From the NCBI GenBank assembly GCA_964016885.1, contig OZ024745.1, positions 77,314,001 to 77,378,000 of the forward strand: DNA of 64,000 bases, given 5' to 3'. Position 1 is the stretch's first letter, and every line of letters begins with the position of its first letter. Origin of the DNA: Eledone cirrhosa. Its lineage: Eukaryota. The notes under the pieces are model-generated. The model was not told the origin of the DNA, ran no database searches, and was given only the letters and a program-made list of their open reading frames with translations. The translations under genes were made by a program, and so were the position numbers. This document shows positions 25,827 to 38,600 of the stretch, piece by piece.

Positions 25827-26019
25827 TAATAATTGTTTCTACTTTAGGCACAAGGCCAGCAATTACCCAGTGCGTTACTGGTACTTTATTTTATCGACCC
25901 CGTAAGGATGAAAGGCAAAGTCAACCTCGGCGGGATTTGAACTCAGATCGTAAAGGGACGTAACTATGCTGGAAAGCATGGCGTCCGACCCTCTACCGAT
26001 ACTGCCAATCCACCGCCCT
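25827..26019 (-). mobile_element. SINE family B, full length
   Basis: Near-identical to 33899-34085. Confidence 0.88.
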
Positions 26020-26041
26020 AATAATGAAGAAAACATATTAA

Positions 26042-27270
26042 CCTTTTAGCTGTGGCAAAAGGGACAAATCGATATGCCCAACAACAAATTTAAATCAAGG
26101 AAAACAAGATCTATTATGGCAACAGACAGATGCTGCAGAAATTCAAGCATTTTTTACTATGAATATGTTTGGTTTAAAGCAATTTCCAAAACTGTGGAAT
26201 TACTGGAGCGCTGATATAAGGTTTAGTGACCCTTATATATCAAGTATTTTGCCAAAAGGTATGGAAAATTAAATCAGTATTTGCACCTGGTCGATACTTC
26301 AAATGCCCATAGTAAAATTAATCGAAGCACGATCCTCTCTATAAAGTTTGACCATTAATTAAAATATTATCTGAAAAATTTAAAACTGTTTAAATACCTG
26401 GAAAAAATTTCAGTGTTGAGGAAGCAATGATTGGGTATAAGGGTAGGGTACATTTCAGACAGTATCATCATCATTTTACGTCCACTTTCCCGTTTGCAAG
26501 GGTGGGACGGGAACTGATTCTGGCTTGATTTCTACAGCTGGATGCCCTTCCTAACACCAACCTCATTTACAGTGAGTGCTGGGTGCTTTTTTTCTGTGGC
26601 ACCTCCACGACCACTTTACAGTGGAATGATAGGGACCCCAGTCCTATCATCTCATTTCTACAGCTGAGTAAACTGGAGCAATGTGAAATAAAGTGTCTTG
26701 CTCAAGGAAACAAGAGATCACCCGGTCTGAGAATTGAACTGACAACCTTTCGATTGCAAGGCCAATGCTCTAACCACTAAGCCATGTGCCTCTATATATG
26801 TCAGCTAAACCCACCAAATGGGGCATCAAGGTGTGAAAACTCTGTGAATTGGACACAGGCTACTGTGCAAACTTTGATATTTACATGGGGTAGAAAAATA
26901 ATGGAGAGAGAAAAAATGAATTGGGATATGATGTTGTATGGTCTCTGACTGAACCCTTCCACTCTTAATACAGATGAAGCAAAAAGAATGGTCAAAACAT
27001 ATATTTTGATCGTTTTTCTGGCAGAGGATCTTGCACCTGCGGTACAATAATGGGGAATTGCAAAGGTCTACACCAAGAAACAAAACTAACAAAATAAAAA
27101 AAAAGAGGGAACATTCTCCAGGTGCAAAAAAGGAACATGCTAGCCACATTGTACAAAGACAAACAGCAGATTTTATTCCTATCTCCTAACCAACAACCAG
27201 GTTACCTCTCTTACAATAAATATATGGGTGGGGTCAACAAATCTGACTAGTATTGTGCCTAGAATTCTTT
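26042..27270 (+). mobile_element. Degenerate piggyBac (PGBD4-like) transposase relic in MRPL10 intron 4
   Basis: Manual translation gives EIQAFF..MFGLKQFPKLWNYWS...YLHLVD; PGKNFSVEEAMIGYKGRVHFRQY[SINE]MSAKPTKWGIKV*KLCELDTGYCANFDIYMG; YNKYMGGVNKSD. Left end ttaa-ccttttagc. Confidence 0.85.
26465..26792 (-). mobile_element. SINE family A inserted in the piggyBac relic
   Basis: Near-identical to 908-1243; splits the RQY|MSAKP motif. Confidence 0.88.
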
Positions 27271-27410
27271 CTTGCCACTTTACTTGTTAACCTTATTGGT
27301 TAATCTTGACCTGCACATAATAATCATATAAAATAGCTACATAATGCAAGTCAAGTGCTGTTGAAATGACAATGAAAATATAAAACCAAAATAAAAATCT
27401 CTTCTCTTAC

Positions 27411-27547
27411 CAAGTAATATCAATTTTGGCATATCACGGGTACATTTCAATAAATCACTGACATTTATATTTTCACTTGCTATATAGCAAGTAAAGCTGC
27501 TGATGATCTGAGATAGATTCCCCCATCGAGTTTCAGTAATTGCTATC
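27411..27547 (-). CDS. MRPL10: MRPL10 coding exon 4
   Basis: tttatactttatag| acceptor and G|gtaaga donor; 137 nt. Translates IAITETRWGNLSQIISSFTCYIASENINVSDLLKCTRDMPKLILL(G), compare human SKYQNLLPLF...[24 protein letters not shown]. Too short to appear in the ORF track. Confidence 0.92.
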
Positions 27548-28234
27548 CTATAAAGTATAAAGCACGTAGATCAAAACCAATGGGGTTAATAAACAACAAA
27601 AACAATAAAGCTATTACTGAATAACCTGATATTGTTTACAAAATTATATCAAAACAATAACATGATTTGTTTATAGAACTATTAGTTCTTTAGATTATAT
27701 TTTGAAAAACCAAAACATTTTATAACATTTATAGAAGCCCATTAAAGCCCATTAAAAAATGTGTCCTCCCATAGTGTACCAAAAGCAACTTCACAAAGTT
27801 GTCTCCATTCTTCTTCAGATAATGACTGGAAAATGCAGATGTAAATTAAACAAAATGGCACAGCCAAGAATTAAAACTAAATCAAAGAATTAGCTTATTT
27901 GGCACTTTATGACACATTACAGGTTTTATGAGTTATGGAATGAAAAGGACTAATAACAAACCTTCCTTTTGGTTAAATAAAATATTACCATGGAAAGAGT
28001 TATAACTCACTAATGGATAAAGCTCAAGGGTGCAGTTGTTGCAACAATAGCAGCACTAGTAACAGAATACTCTATGCCACAGATTTGGACAATCAAAAGT
28101 AACAAGAGTCCACTATTTTCAACTTAACTAAAGACTATATTAATTCAATGTTAACCCAGTGACCTGTTACTAGGTTATATAGTATGAACACAAAATAACA
28201 TACTGAAAGAAAGAAAGAATATAATAAAACTCAC

Positions 28235-28407
28235 CTCATAAGTTTGGTGTTTGCATGAAATAATCTGTAGCCTTGAGTGGAGAGCTTGTATTGCATATCC
28301 TTCTGCTCTAGAGATGATAGGGGTAGATAATGATAAACCATGAGTAACTGCAGTGGTTTCAGTCTTTGCCTGATTTGTTCCAACATATACGCTTCATATC
28401 TATGCAA
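28235..28407 (-). CDS. MRPL10: MRPL10 coding exon 3
   Basis: ttttctcttgtcag| acceptor and AG|gtgagt donor; 173 nt. Translates LHRYEAYMLEQIRQRLKPLQLLMVYHYLPLSSLEQKDMQYKLSTQGYRLFHANTKLM(R), the start of the L10 domain. Confidence 0.92.
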
Positions 28408-31400
28408 CTGACAAGAGAAAAACAAGATTCAGTTATTATTATGTTTTTGTTTTATATTCATGACATCTTCACCATCTATGCTAGCATGGGTTGAATGGGT
28501 CTGCAGTGTGACATAACACACTTATTAATTTTCTCATCTTAGATAAAATTATGTGGACAATGTAGCCAAAACTGTCAGATATATAGTGTGTTTATATCTG
28601 TGAAACATATACATATACACCAGGTCCGAACACAAAGGAACCAAACTCCCACTGTCACTGCCTCCATCTCTCCCGCTCTATCTTTCACTATTATGAGCAA
28701 ATGCGCTGACTGCCCCACAGCCTTGGTGGACAGAATAGAGAAGGCGTTTCTCGGAGGATGGTGAGGGAGACGCACTAGAAGAGCCATTCAAGCTTGCAAG
28801 GCTGTGGGTTTCATATGACCTGATTTCAGCACTTCTTCAAATGCTTTCATTGATTTTTCTGCCTTAAAATAAAGGTTATAATATTTTAGACATTGAAACA
28901 AATAAGACTAGCACGTCAGAATTTTCATTTTTTAATTTATTATTACATTTCAAATTTAGTATGAGTGGGAAATATTCTGCAAGTTGAGAAACTAATGAAA
29001 CATTGATTATATTGATAGTATCACCACTTGTGATATAAGTAGGAAGCAGATTGTGACACAAGACAACAAAACATTCAAAGAATATATTATTCATATATAC
29101 TATGATGCATATGATTATGAATATTCATTTAATAAATGCTCAAAGAGAACAACAATGCAAAAAAACTGTTCATACTCTGAGCTTAGTGTTCCGATTCTTA
29201 TATTTTTACTAATAATATATAGAGAACTTAAAATGGTAATCATGCTGTCTAATATATTTGATGACTGGTTTTCATAATACCTTAGAAGAACTGACCATGG
29301 TGTTTAAATACCATTTATGAATCAGTGGTAGAAATTTCATGAACCATGGTGATAGTGTAACAATCCATGCTTTACCATGAAAATACAATAGTATATATAG
29401 AGTAATGTGAATGCTAAAGGGTTAAGTGCTGCTATTTGTTCAACTGACATTAACTGAACTTTTTCATTCTCATGCTTTATCCAGGCAGTGTTTTTGCTAG
29501 CAAGAATCAGATAATGTGCATCGAGAGGAAATTTCTATGTATTCTTGTAATGAACCATTTGTGCAACATTGTAAAAGGGTTTTATTGTTACTCTGAATTG
29601 TCTACTCAGTAATTTCTTATTGGATGATAACTTACATGCACAACAATGCTTGAAAAGAACCTTCAGTAAATAATTGTCAAGCTTCCAAATTGATTGACTG
29701 CAGACTTTTAATGTCTATTAGATTATATTTTGGTTTAATCCCACCTTCTGAAATATTCATTCCTCGGAAATCTACAGATGCAGGATTGATTCATTTATTT
29801 GGATTAGAAGATACAGTGGCTATCAGTAACTGCATTTTCTTGATTTTTAAATTTATTTGGCTTTATCATCATTAATGTCTATTTTCCATGTTTGCATAGG
29901 TTAGAGAGGTTACCATGTCTTGCTCATATGGATCTGTTTTAGGCTTGGTTTTCTATGGCTAAATGCCTTTCCTAATGCCAACCATATCACAGTGTAGACG
30001 GCTTTTTCGTAACATTAACATTTTATAGGGTGGAGTGGGTGCTTTTTGTAATGACTCCAGTACAAAAGCCTAACACGGTGGACTGCTGATAAATAATTAT
30101 GCCATTAATTCTCTTCAATATAGACTCCATACAATATTTAAAATGAAAGCACTAATTTTTTATATTCATCTGATGTTCCTCATTTAACCTAATTTTCCAT
30201 TATGCCCTCTTTAAGTCTTCAACACACTTGTGAATTCCTGGGAGGATGGTAGGAACAGAGTCTTCAAGCATACCTTCCACCAAGTCCTGTTAGAAGCAAT
30301 GGTTTCCAATTGATCCGGCTGGATCTACAAATGAGACCATCTGAGCTTATGTATGTTATCCAACCATCTTGCTTGATATCTTCTGGCTGGTTTTGCCCAT
30401 AAAATATGTCTAGTAATTCATTCCTGAGACATTCTAACATCTTCATCGTCTTTACGTCTGCTTTTCCATGCTTGCATGGGCTGGACAGGTCCTTCTCAGC
30501 ATGGCATCTCTCCACACGTGATCCTTTGTTATCGTTTCTGTGAGTCTCATTGATTTGAGGTCAGATCTCACCTCTACCTAGGTCTTTCTTGGTCTATCTC
30601 TACCCAGCATTGATTTTCATTTCTGCCATGCAGCACTCAGCAGACTCTTTAAGACAATTAAGAAAAAATCTTTGTTTTTCGCATGGCAGTGAAAAGTGTT
30701 CCAAGGTAGTGAGTCAAATTAGAATAGGTTTGCATCTTATCATTTGAATGTACTTTGCAATTGTCAAGCATTCTTAATTCACCATCTTACTTTTACATTC
30801 AAACAATTGGTGCTGCATTGCTAACACCTTCATAGAGACTTTCAACCTTCTTTTTTAGGTCAACTAGAACAGGATGTGCTGAACATATCTTATTTCTAAC
30901 TCTATCAGACATTAAAATTTTAATGATGTAGTGTTTTACGAGTAGTAGATAATGAGAAATATAGTAACATGGCATTTCTTTCAGAATGACTGCACTGATT
31001 AATCCCAAGTCATATGATCTATTAACCACAACAAAACAGTTGTCTAGTTTGTTTTTATCTCTAAAATCAAGTAAAGTTGTACCAACTGTCTTTAGTTTTG
31101 AACCCTCATAATGCATTTCATTTCCTTTTGAAAATAGCCAATAATTTGAAGAGATTTAGTAATACAACTAATATTGCTAAACTAGTGTTTAAAACATCAA
31201 AAGTTCTTACATAAAATTATGATTTAAGGATTTTAGATAAATACTTTAAAACAAATGTTTCTCTTAGGCATGTTGATATAAAAATGGTTAATTATAACAA
31301 GGCTAATTAGGTTTGAGGTGAACGCTTTAGGTGAAATTCTTAAACCTTTAGCATTTAAACTGGCCATATCTGGCCAGAATTCTCTCACCTCTTTCTGTTC

Positions 31401-32025
31401 AATCTCAAAGTAAATATAAAAATCTCATAGATTCAATATTATGTGCAATAATTATGTGAGGTAAAGCATTTACTGAGAAAATAAATAGTAAATATAGAGT
31501 AATGCAAATGATAAAGGATTCAACAACTAGTTTAACTTATAATACCCTATATATGACTCTAAGCTGTAACTGATTGAGCCAAAATTCTTTGTATTATGTA
31601 ATATCAATGCAATCATCAAACTGAAAGATATCCTATATCATACAACAATTCAAGATTGTTTAGACAAATAGATAGCTGAACTTAAAGAGAGACTAAAGCA
31701 AAAATGACATTAACCAGCTAACAATTTCCTGCTAAAACTCAATGTGCATGATTCTTTATGCAAATTTTCTGCATGAAAGATGGCGCATAAGCAGATCTTA
31801 TAAACTTGATTAATCAGAGATCAGCGCCAAGACCTTCCTGAACTAATGAAATTGATGCAGTCTATATCTAATCTATAAAGCCTGCAGAAAAGATGTGAAT
31901 TAAAAAGAGTAATTGCTTGCAACTAATGCCACTGAAAGCAGCCAAGGACAAGCTGGTGGTGTTAAACCAAGAAACAGCACTGATCAAACCAAGTTCACAA
32001 ACTGGTTTCAATTTCCTTCATGTTA

Positions 32026-32204
32026 TTAATTGTTTCTACTTTTGGCACAAGGCCAGCAATTACTCAGTGCATTACTGGTACTTTATTTTATCGACCCCGT
32101 AAGGATGAAAGGCAAAGTTAACCTCGGCGGGATTTGAACTCAGAATGGCAAGGGCCGTAACTCTATGAGTCAAAGCATGGCGTCCAACCCTCTACCGATA
32201 CTGC
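32026..32204 (-). mobile_element. SINE family B in MRPL10 intron 2
   Basis: Reverse-complement match to family B, about 60 bp from the exon 2 donor. Confidence 0.85.
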
Positions 32205-32262
32205 AATGCTCTCTGGAAATACATCAATGATACCTATATAAGAGGTTATAATAAAAGATTAC

Positions 32263-32453
32263 CTGTTTATTGGAAGTATTCTGGGATATTTTTCCAATAT
32301 AACATTGATCAACCATAGGCAATTGTCTATGGATTTCAAGTGGTGCAGTTACTTCTTTTATTATACGATGTAATAAGGAAGGGGGAGTGGGCTTGCGCAC
32401 ATCCAAACTTTTTCTGTGACGAACTTGGCTGAAGAATGGTTGAAATATTTTAG
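32263..32453 (-). CDS. MRPL10: MRPL10 coding exon 2
   Basis: tttacag| acceptor and CAG|gtaat donor; 191 nt. Translates (T)KIFQPFFSQVRHRKSLDVRKPTPPSLLHRIIKEVTAPLEIHRQLPMVDQCYIGKISQNTSNKQ, a basic presequence-like N-terminus that corresponds to the QTVRY..RH..QKLMAVT region of vertebrate MRPL10 as I recall it. Confidence 0.88.
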
Positions 32454-32574
32454 CTGTAAAAGAATATTTATTGACAATATATCTGATCTCAATAGACTGG
32501 AAAGATAATAATTTCTATTAGCTAAACACAACTACAATTTTCGTAGGTGGAAATAATCAAGTAATACACCTACA

Positions 32575-33300
32575 AAACAGTTTATAAATGGCCCCTAAGA
32601 CAGGGTCGCTGTTCCTTCCAATCACTCCTTTCCATGTCAGGTGGTCAGTGCCAACATGCGCATTGATGTCTCCCATTAGGATATATGACTCAGTCTTAAC
32701 TATATTTAACACTGCAATGATTTCATCAAGGGAGGAACTGTATTTAAACTCTTTGACCCACATAGACCTATCTTTCAGCCTAAGCTTCAAGAGTCAAATC
32801 CTCCCTCCTAATGGGATCCAATCCACAACACATTATGACAGTCAGGGGTTTCTAAGTATCCCCACTCCTGTCTGTGCAGTCATTTCTGGCACCACACCTG
32901 CATAGTGGAGTTTTCATCCTCCATCCAAATCTACAAAACCAGAGGCATGGAACTTTGTTTAGGAAACCTAAGGTCTGAACGGATCCCTTGTTAACCTGCA
33001 TGAAGAACAATGTGGTATGGCTCTTTTTTGTACCTCAGCATATCACAGTTTTGGTGGTCTCATTCATACCTATCACCAATTTGGTACTTTCTAATACCCA
33101 CAAAGACAAGGCTTTTTTTATTTTTTTGAGAATTTTCTTGGGAGCTACAGGTCCAACTCAATGCTCCATCTCCCCTAGTAGTTTACCACAGTTTGTCTGG
33201 GGTTGCTTATTTGTCCAGCAGCTGGCAACTTATATTGCAACTAACCATCATATCTGGTGGCCATATCTCTATCTGCCACCTATGATCTGGTAGCATCACC
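32575..33300 (-). mobile_element. Degenerate RTE 5' region (AP endonuclease remnant plus 5' UTR) in MRPL10 intron 1
   Basis: ESYILMGDINAHVGTD..TWKGVIGRN. Confidence 0.7.
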
Positions 33301-33339
33301 GTATGATTGGCGAGTATATTGGAAGATTATTATTATATA

Positions 33340-33532
33340 AGGGCGGTAGATTGGCAGTATCGGTAGAGGGTCGGACGCCATGCTTTCCAGCATAGTTACG
33401 TCCCTTTACGATCTGAGTTCAAATCCCGCCGAGGTTGACTTTGCCTTTCATCCTTACGGGATCGATAAAATAAAGTACCAGTAATGCACTGGGTAATTGC
33501 TGGCCTTGTGCCTAAAGCAGAAACAATTATTA
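33340..33532 (+). mobile_element. SINE family B, full length
   Basis: gggcggtagattggcagtatcgg...gaaacaattattatt. Confidence 0.88.
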
Positions 33533-33782
33533 TTTGCTGTGTTGATTCGGGTCCCCACAACTTGATAAATAGAAATAAAAAAAGACTAAATTAATAATAA
33601 AAAATATAAATTTTAAATAAGATTCAACAATATTTTATTGTTATTGGTCATAAAATGGCTCAAGATCGACCCATTTTTGTATGTGAACGTAATCAAGCAA
33701 ATCGATCGGAAAACTTAACTGGTACTTATATCAATTTCGAAGAAATGAAAAGTAACGTCAACCTTGGCGGAAACTGAAGGGA

Positions 33783-34550
33783 CGTAATTAAATAATTGTT
33801 TCTACTTTTTGGCACAAGGCCAGCAATTACCCAGTGCATTACTGATACTTTATTTTATCGACCCCGTAAGGATGAAAGGCAAAGTTAACCGTAATTAAAT
33901 AATTGTTTCTACTTTTGGCACAAGGCCAGCAATTACCCAGTGCATTACTGGTACTTTATTTTATCGACCCCGTAAGGATGAAAGGCAAAGTCAACCTCGG
34001 CGGGATTTGAACTCAGATCGTAAAGGGACGTAACTATGCTGGAAAGCATGGCGTCCGACCCTCTACCGATACTGCCAATCCACCGTAATTAAATAATGGT
34101 TTCTAATTAAGGCACAGGGCCAACAATTCTGGGCGAGGGGAAAGTCAATTAAATCGACCCTAGTGCGTTGATTTTATCGACCTCATAAAGTTGAAAGGCA
34201 AAGCTAACCTTGGCGGGATTTGAACTCAGAACGTAACTATGCCGCGAAGCAAGTTGTCTGTCACTCTACTGACACTGCCAATCCCCTTGTCCGACGTTCT
34301 ACCATCAACCAACCTATTATGTATCACCATAACAATAATTTCTTGCAGGGGTACAAGGTCACACCCTTGATGACAGGTGTTAATCGATGAAATCAGCCCT
34401 AATACAAGAGTGGAACTTTATTTTATCAAACCGAGAAGGATAAAAGACAAAGTTTATCTCGTGGTGTTTGAACACAGAACGTAAGAAAAAAAGAAAACAG
34501 AAATAAATTCCGCAAAGGATTTTGTCCGGTGCTCTAAGAATTCAGCCAAA
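33783..34550 (-). mobile_element. Stack of family B SINEs (truncated young, full young, older diverged copies)
   Basis: Copies at about 33792-33889, 33899-34085, 34098-34290 and 34335-34550. cgtaattaaataat is repeated three times. Confidence 0.8.
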
Positions 34551-35107
34551 AGACACTCCATTACTATATAGATATGAGCCTTTATGGTTATTTCAGACGC
34601 CAATGCAAATTCAAACCATTCTGGGTTATTATAATAAGGACACGTGTGTGATGCCTTTTTACCTACAGGCACTAAAAAAAGCATAGATTGGCTAATGTAG
34701 ACATACACATACAAAATGATGGAAGGGTACTAGGTAAAAGGTCTTTCGTCATAAGTATGCTCAAACAGGGGTGACCTGGGGCTAAATAACAACACATGTA
34801 CTTTAACAATTGAATCTTTGAATTAAGCGACCAACATTTGTCGAACAAAATAGACAACAAAAATAATCTAATTGTATCGGTGCAATATATTTTGTTATCC
34901 TATATATATAAACAAAGTGTATTGCCTACGTATTACGACATAAATGACCTTGTCCAGATAATGATGTGACGTTACTACATTAAACATGCATAATACAAAT
35001 AACATACTTTGAAACCTTCCTGCACTATACAATAATCGTTTATCACGTACAATCAAAATAATATATAAAGAGTATTCAGCTATTAAGACAAATGCTTTAT
35101 CACTTAC

Positions 35108-35132
35108 TTCGGATATTGCTTAAAGTCGCCAT
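35108..35132 (-). CDS. MRPL10: MRPL10 coding exon 1 (MATLSNIR, phase 1)
   Basis: Minus strand reads caaaATGGCGACTTTAAGCAATATCCGAA|gtaagtg: good Kozak context and a canonical GTAAGT donor. 25 nt, phase compatible with exon 2. Confidence 0.85.
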
Positions 35133-35290
35133 TTTGATAACCGAACGAAAACGTGGAGTGTGGAAATTTGAAAGTATCAAAAGAAAATTAACTCCCTTAG
35201 AAATGAAAGGCAAAAGGAAGGGTTATTTCCCTTGAAATTTTGTTAATTCGCGTTTGTATGTTTGACGAGTCGAGGTTTTCAACTATAATT
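35124..35290 (-). promoter_or_regulatory. MRPL10 promoter / 5' UTR region with a YY1/Kozak-like CAAAATGGCG overlapping the start codon
   Basis: Local CpG retention immediately upstream of the ATG. AAAATGGCG is the YY1-type motif common at housekeeping-gene starts. The TSS cannot be determined from sequence. Confidence 0.45.
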
Positions 35291-35639
35291 TTTTTAATTC
35301 TATTGTCTTTTTATTATTTTTATATGATAAATGTTTTACATATCTATATCTTGTTGGTATGGCACAATTAGATAAACCCGTCTGAACATGCTAGAAATCA
35401 AAGGTCTGAGAGTAAAGTTAGCCAAAACTAAAGTGCTAGTGAGTAGGAAAGAAGATAGGACACTGATCCCTTAAAAAAGTGACCCTGCTGAATATGTAGA
35501 AAAGGAGTGGGCATAAACTCTATATGTAGGCATAAACAATGTAAATCTTGGGTACACAAGTGATGTAGTGAGGGGGTATAGTGGTGTTGAGGAGAGGTGT
35601 TAGTGAGTGATGATGGAAGGGATGGGTGAGGTTACATTG

Positions 35640-38600
35640 TATGTTGCAAGTTGGGTCTTCTTCAGCACCACATAGTGCCAGCCCTCAGGATTTTTAGTCA
35701 TATCTGTTGTGAAGTTTAGTTTTTCAAGACTGGTCTTCACAACTTGATACCATGTCTTCCTGGGTCTACCTCTTCCACCTGCCTCAGCAACAGGGGTTTT
35801 TCTGCATTTTTTTTATCCAGATGCGATCTTCCACGTGCATTACATGTCCATACCCTCGCAGTCTTCTCTCTTGCACACTATATCCAATTCCGCTTATGCC
35901 AAGTTTTTCTTTCAGTTTGCTTGTGCTATGTCACTCTTGCACACTAACATTACATATCCATTGGAGAATACTCTATTTTTTTCTTTCTAGCCTCAGCAGG
36001 TATTCTGCAGTGAAGGCTCATGTTTCACTGCCATGTGGTATTGCAGTTCACACACAGGCATCGTACATATTATCCTTCATTCTGAGAGAAAAGCATTTTG
36101 TTGTTTGCAGCGGTAATAGATCTCTAAATGTTTTCCAGTCCATTCTTATCCTAACTACCACACTTTTGGCGCAGCCTACCTTATTGCTAATTTGATCACC
36201 TAGGTAGCGAAAGCTATCAATAACTTCTATGCAGCCTCTCTCGTAGCTGAGGTAATCTATCTCAGGTGTGCTTTCGTGCTTACTTCCCCTGCACATATGC
36301 TGCATGTAAGGTCTATCTTTTCTTTTAGCCTGCCTGCAATCCCACTACATTTCTTGTGTGCCTATAGTTTACATTGAGTGCACCTTATGGAATTTCTGCT
36401 CACCCCTTTCTGACATATCAAACAAGGCCACTTTCCTGTCTTCTTTCTTAATTATTAGGACTTTTGTCTTTGCTAAATTTGCTTTTAAGCTTTTCAACTC
36501 TAGATTCATCTTCCTGCTTGACATTTTGCCTCAAACTCTCCTATAGATTAAACTATGAGGACTAGGTCATCAGCATATAGGAGCTCTCATAAAGTGCCAG
36601 TTTTAAACTCCTCAGTGACGGCCTGAAGAATGATGATGAACAGGAGAGTGCTGAGGAATCATCCCTGGTGGACCCCCACCTGCACTTAAATTCATCCCTT
36701 TACTCATTGCTAACTCTCACTCTGCTGGTTGCACCTCTATACATGGCCTGCATGGCCCTCACAAGCCATTTGTCTACACCTAGCTTCTTAAGTGCCCACT
36801 ATATTATAGAGCATGAGACTCTGTCAAAGGCCTTCTCCAGATCCACAAATGCTAGATACAGGTGCTTACTCTTAGCTAAGTACTTCTCCAGTAGTTGTTT
36901 CACTAGAAAGAGGGTATCAGTAGTACCCCTACTAGTTATAAATCCAAAGTGCATCTCAACTAATTTGATTCTTTCCCTAATTAGCTGTGCTATAACCCTT
37001 TCAGCAACTTTCATGACTTGGTTCATCAGCTTCATGCCTCTGTAGCTACTTCTCTCTAGTGCATCTCCTTATAGCAATTTACGATAATATTGCTGTGCCA
37101 GTCATTGGGTATGACACCATCCTGTACTACTTGGTTAACTATGTGTCTGACTAGCTCATATTTGACCATGCCAGATGCTTTTAGCATCTGTGACTATACC
37201 AGACGGTCCAACTGCTTTTCCTACCTTCATGTCCTTAATTGCTTTATCTATCAAACTGCTGTCAAATTTTATGGCTGATCCATCAGTAGGGTCTGCATGG
37301 AATAGGCTCTCATTGTCCCATTTATTTTCCTCATTCAGCAGCTTCTCATCTAAGTCATTCATGCCCCCTTCTTTTCCATGTCAGACAAGGCAAGTGCTCT
37401 ATTATCATCTCAGACACACTTTTCTCCAACCACATCACAATTTTCTGTAGCATACTGTCTCGCGATCCTGAACAATTCATGCTTTTGATCTTCATGATGC
37501 AGAACATATGCAAACTTCTTTTTTTCTACCTCTCCCCTCACTAGATATACTTGGCACCTGAAATCCCTTCTATCTATCTGGTATTACTTTCTGTCTCCTC
37601 TGTTCCATTTTCTCGAGGCTTGTCTTTGTTTCAATCGCTCTTTCTACCTTGTCATTCCACCACCATATCACCCTCCATCTTGCTCCAGCTGCAGACTTGG
37701 CTTGTGGCTTCCAGTAGATTCTTCCATAGTAATTCTCTATATCATATGTCCCTAACTCCTCTCCCTTACTGTCATAGTCATCAACAAGGATTTCTCCAAA
37801 TTTGTTACCTACTGAGGGTTCTCTCAGCTTCCTTTTCAAAACTGGTTTTTGTCTCTTGGTCCACCTAACCCTTATTCTAAGGTCACTATCAATTAATCAA
37901 TGCTGGAAGGTACATTCCTCCCAGAAAAGATCTTGGTATTTACAACCATTGCCGGTCTGATTTTCTGGTGAGGACGAAGTCTATTTGGTAGGTAATCAAG
38001 TGGTTGGCTGGTTTTTAGAAGTTTGTGTTAGAGATCATTAAGTCAAGGGCGTCACAGAACTCTAGAAGCTTAGTTCCTTCCTTTCCCTCCTTGTTACTTG
38101 TGCAAAATCCGTATACACGACGGAATCTGTCCTGATGTTTCCCAACATGTTCGCTGAAGTCACCAACTGTAATCATAAGATTGCTGTCATCTGTCATTGC
38201 AGTAGTCTGTAGGAGGGCCTTATAGAAATTGTCTTTTTGTTCATTGGCAAACCCAGCTTGTGGGGCATATGCAGATATTATAGTAGCTGTAGTATTGCCC
38301 AAGGGTAGTCTAGGTTTAATTATTCTATCACTCACTCTGACTACCTCAATTACCTGGTCTACCCATCTCTCAGCGAAGAGCATTCCTACTCTGCTCACCC
38401 CATTTCTGTCCCCACCCAGAAGAATTTGTACTGGTGTTCCTTGCCTGTGATGAATTTGGCTGAACCTCCCCTCCACTTCACTTCTTGCACACAGCACACA
38501 TCTGCTTCTAACATCTCTAACATTTCCACAATCTCACTGCACTTATCTCTCATTGCTCCAACATTCAATGTGGCAAATCTAAGGTCCCGTGCTGCATGGT
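35640..38600 (-). mobile_element. Near full-length degenerate RTE LINE (AP endonuclease plus RT)
   Basis: ORF pieces: VIEVVRVSDRII...IISAYAPQAG...VGDF (APE); GKAVGPSGI, QLIRERIKL.EMHFGF...LYLAFVDLEKAFDRV, YADDL, DSFRYLGD (RT). Confidence 0.9.

Noticed and set aside
30799-31116. 105-aa minus-strand ORF in MRPL10 intron 2
   Set aside because: No recognisable motif or convincing splice sites. It may be a decayed transposase, but I cannot support that.
35752-37868. Several 100-147 aa plus-strand ORFs
   Set aside because: Antisense shadows of the minus-strand RTE LINE.
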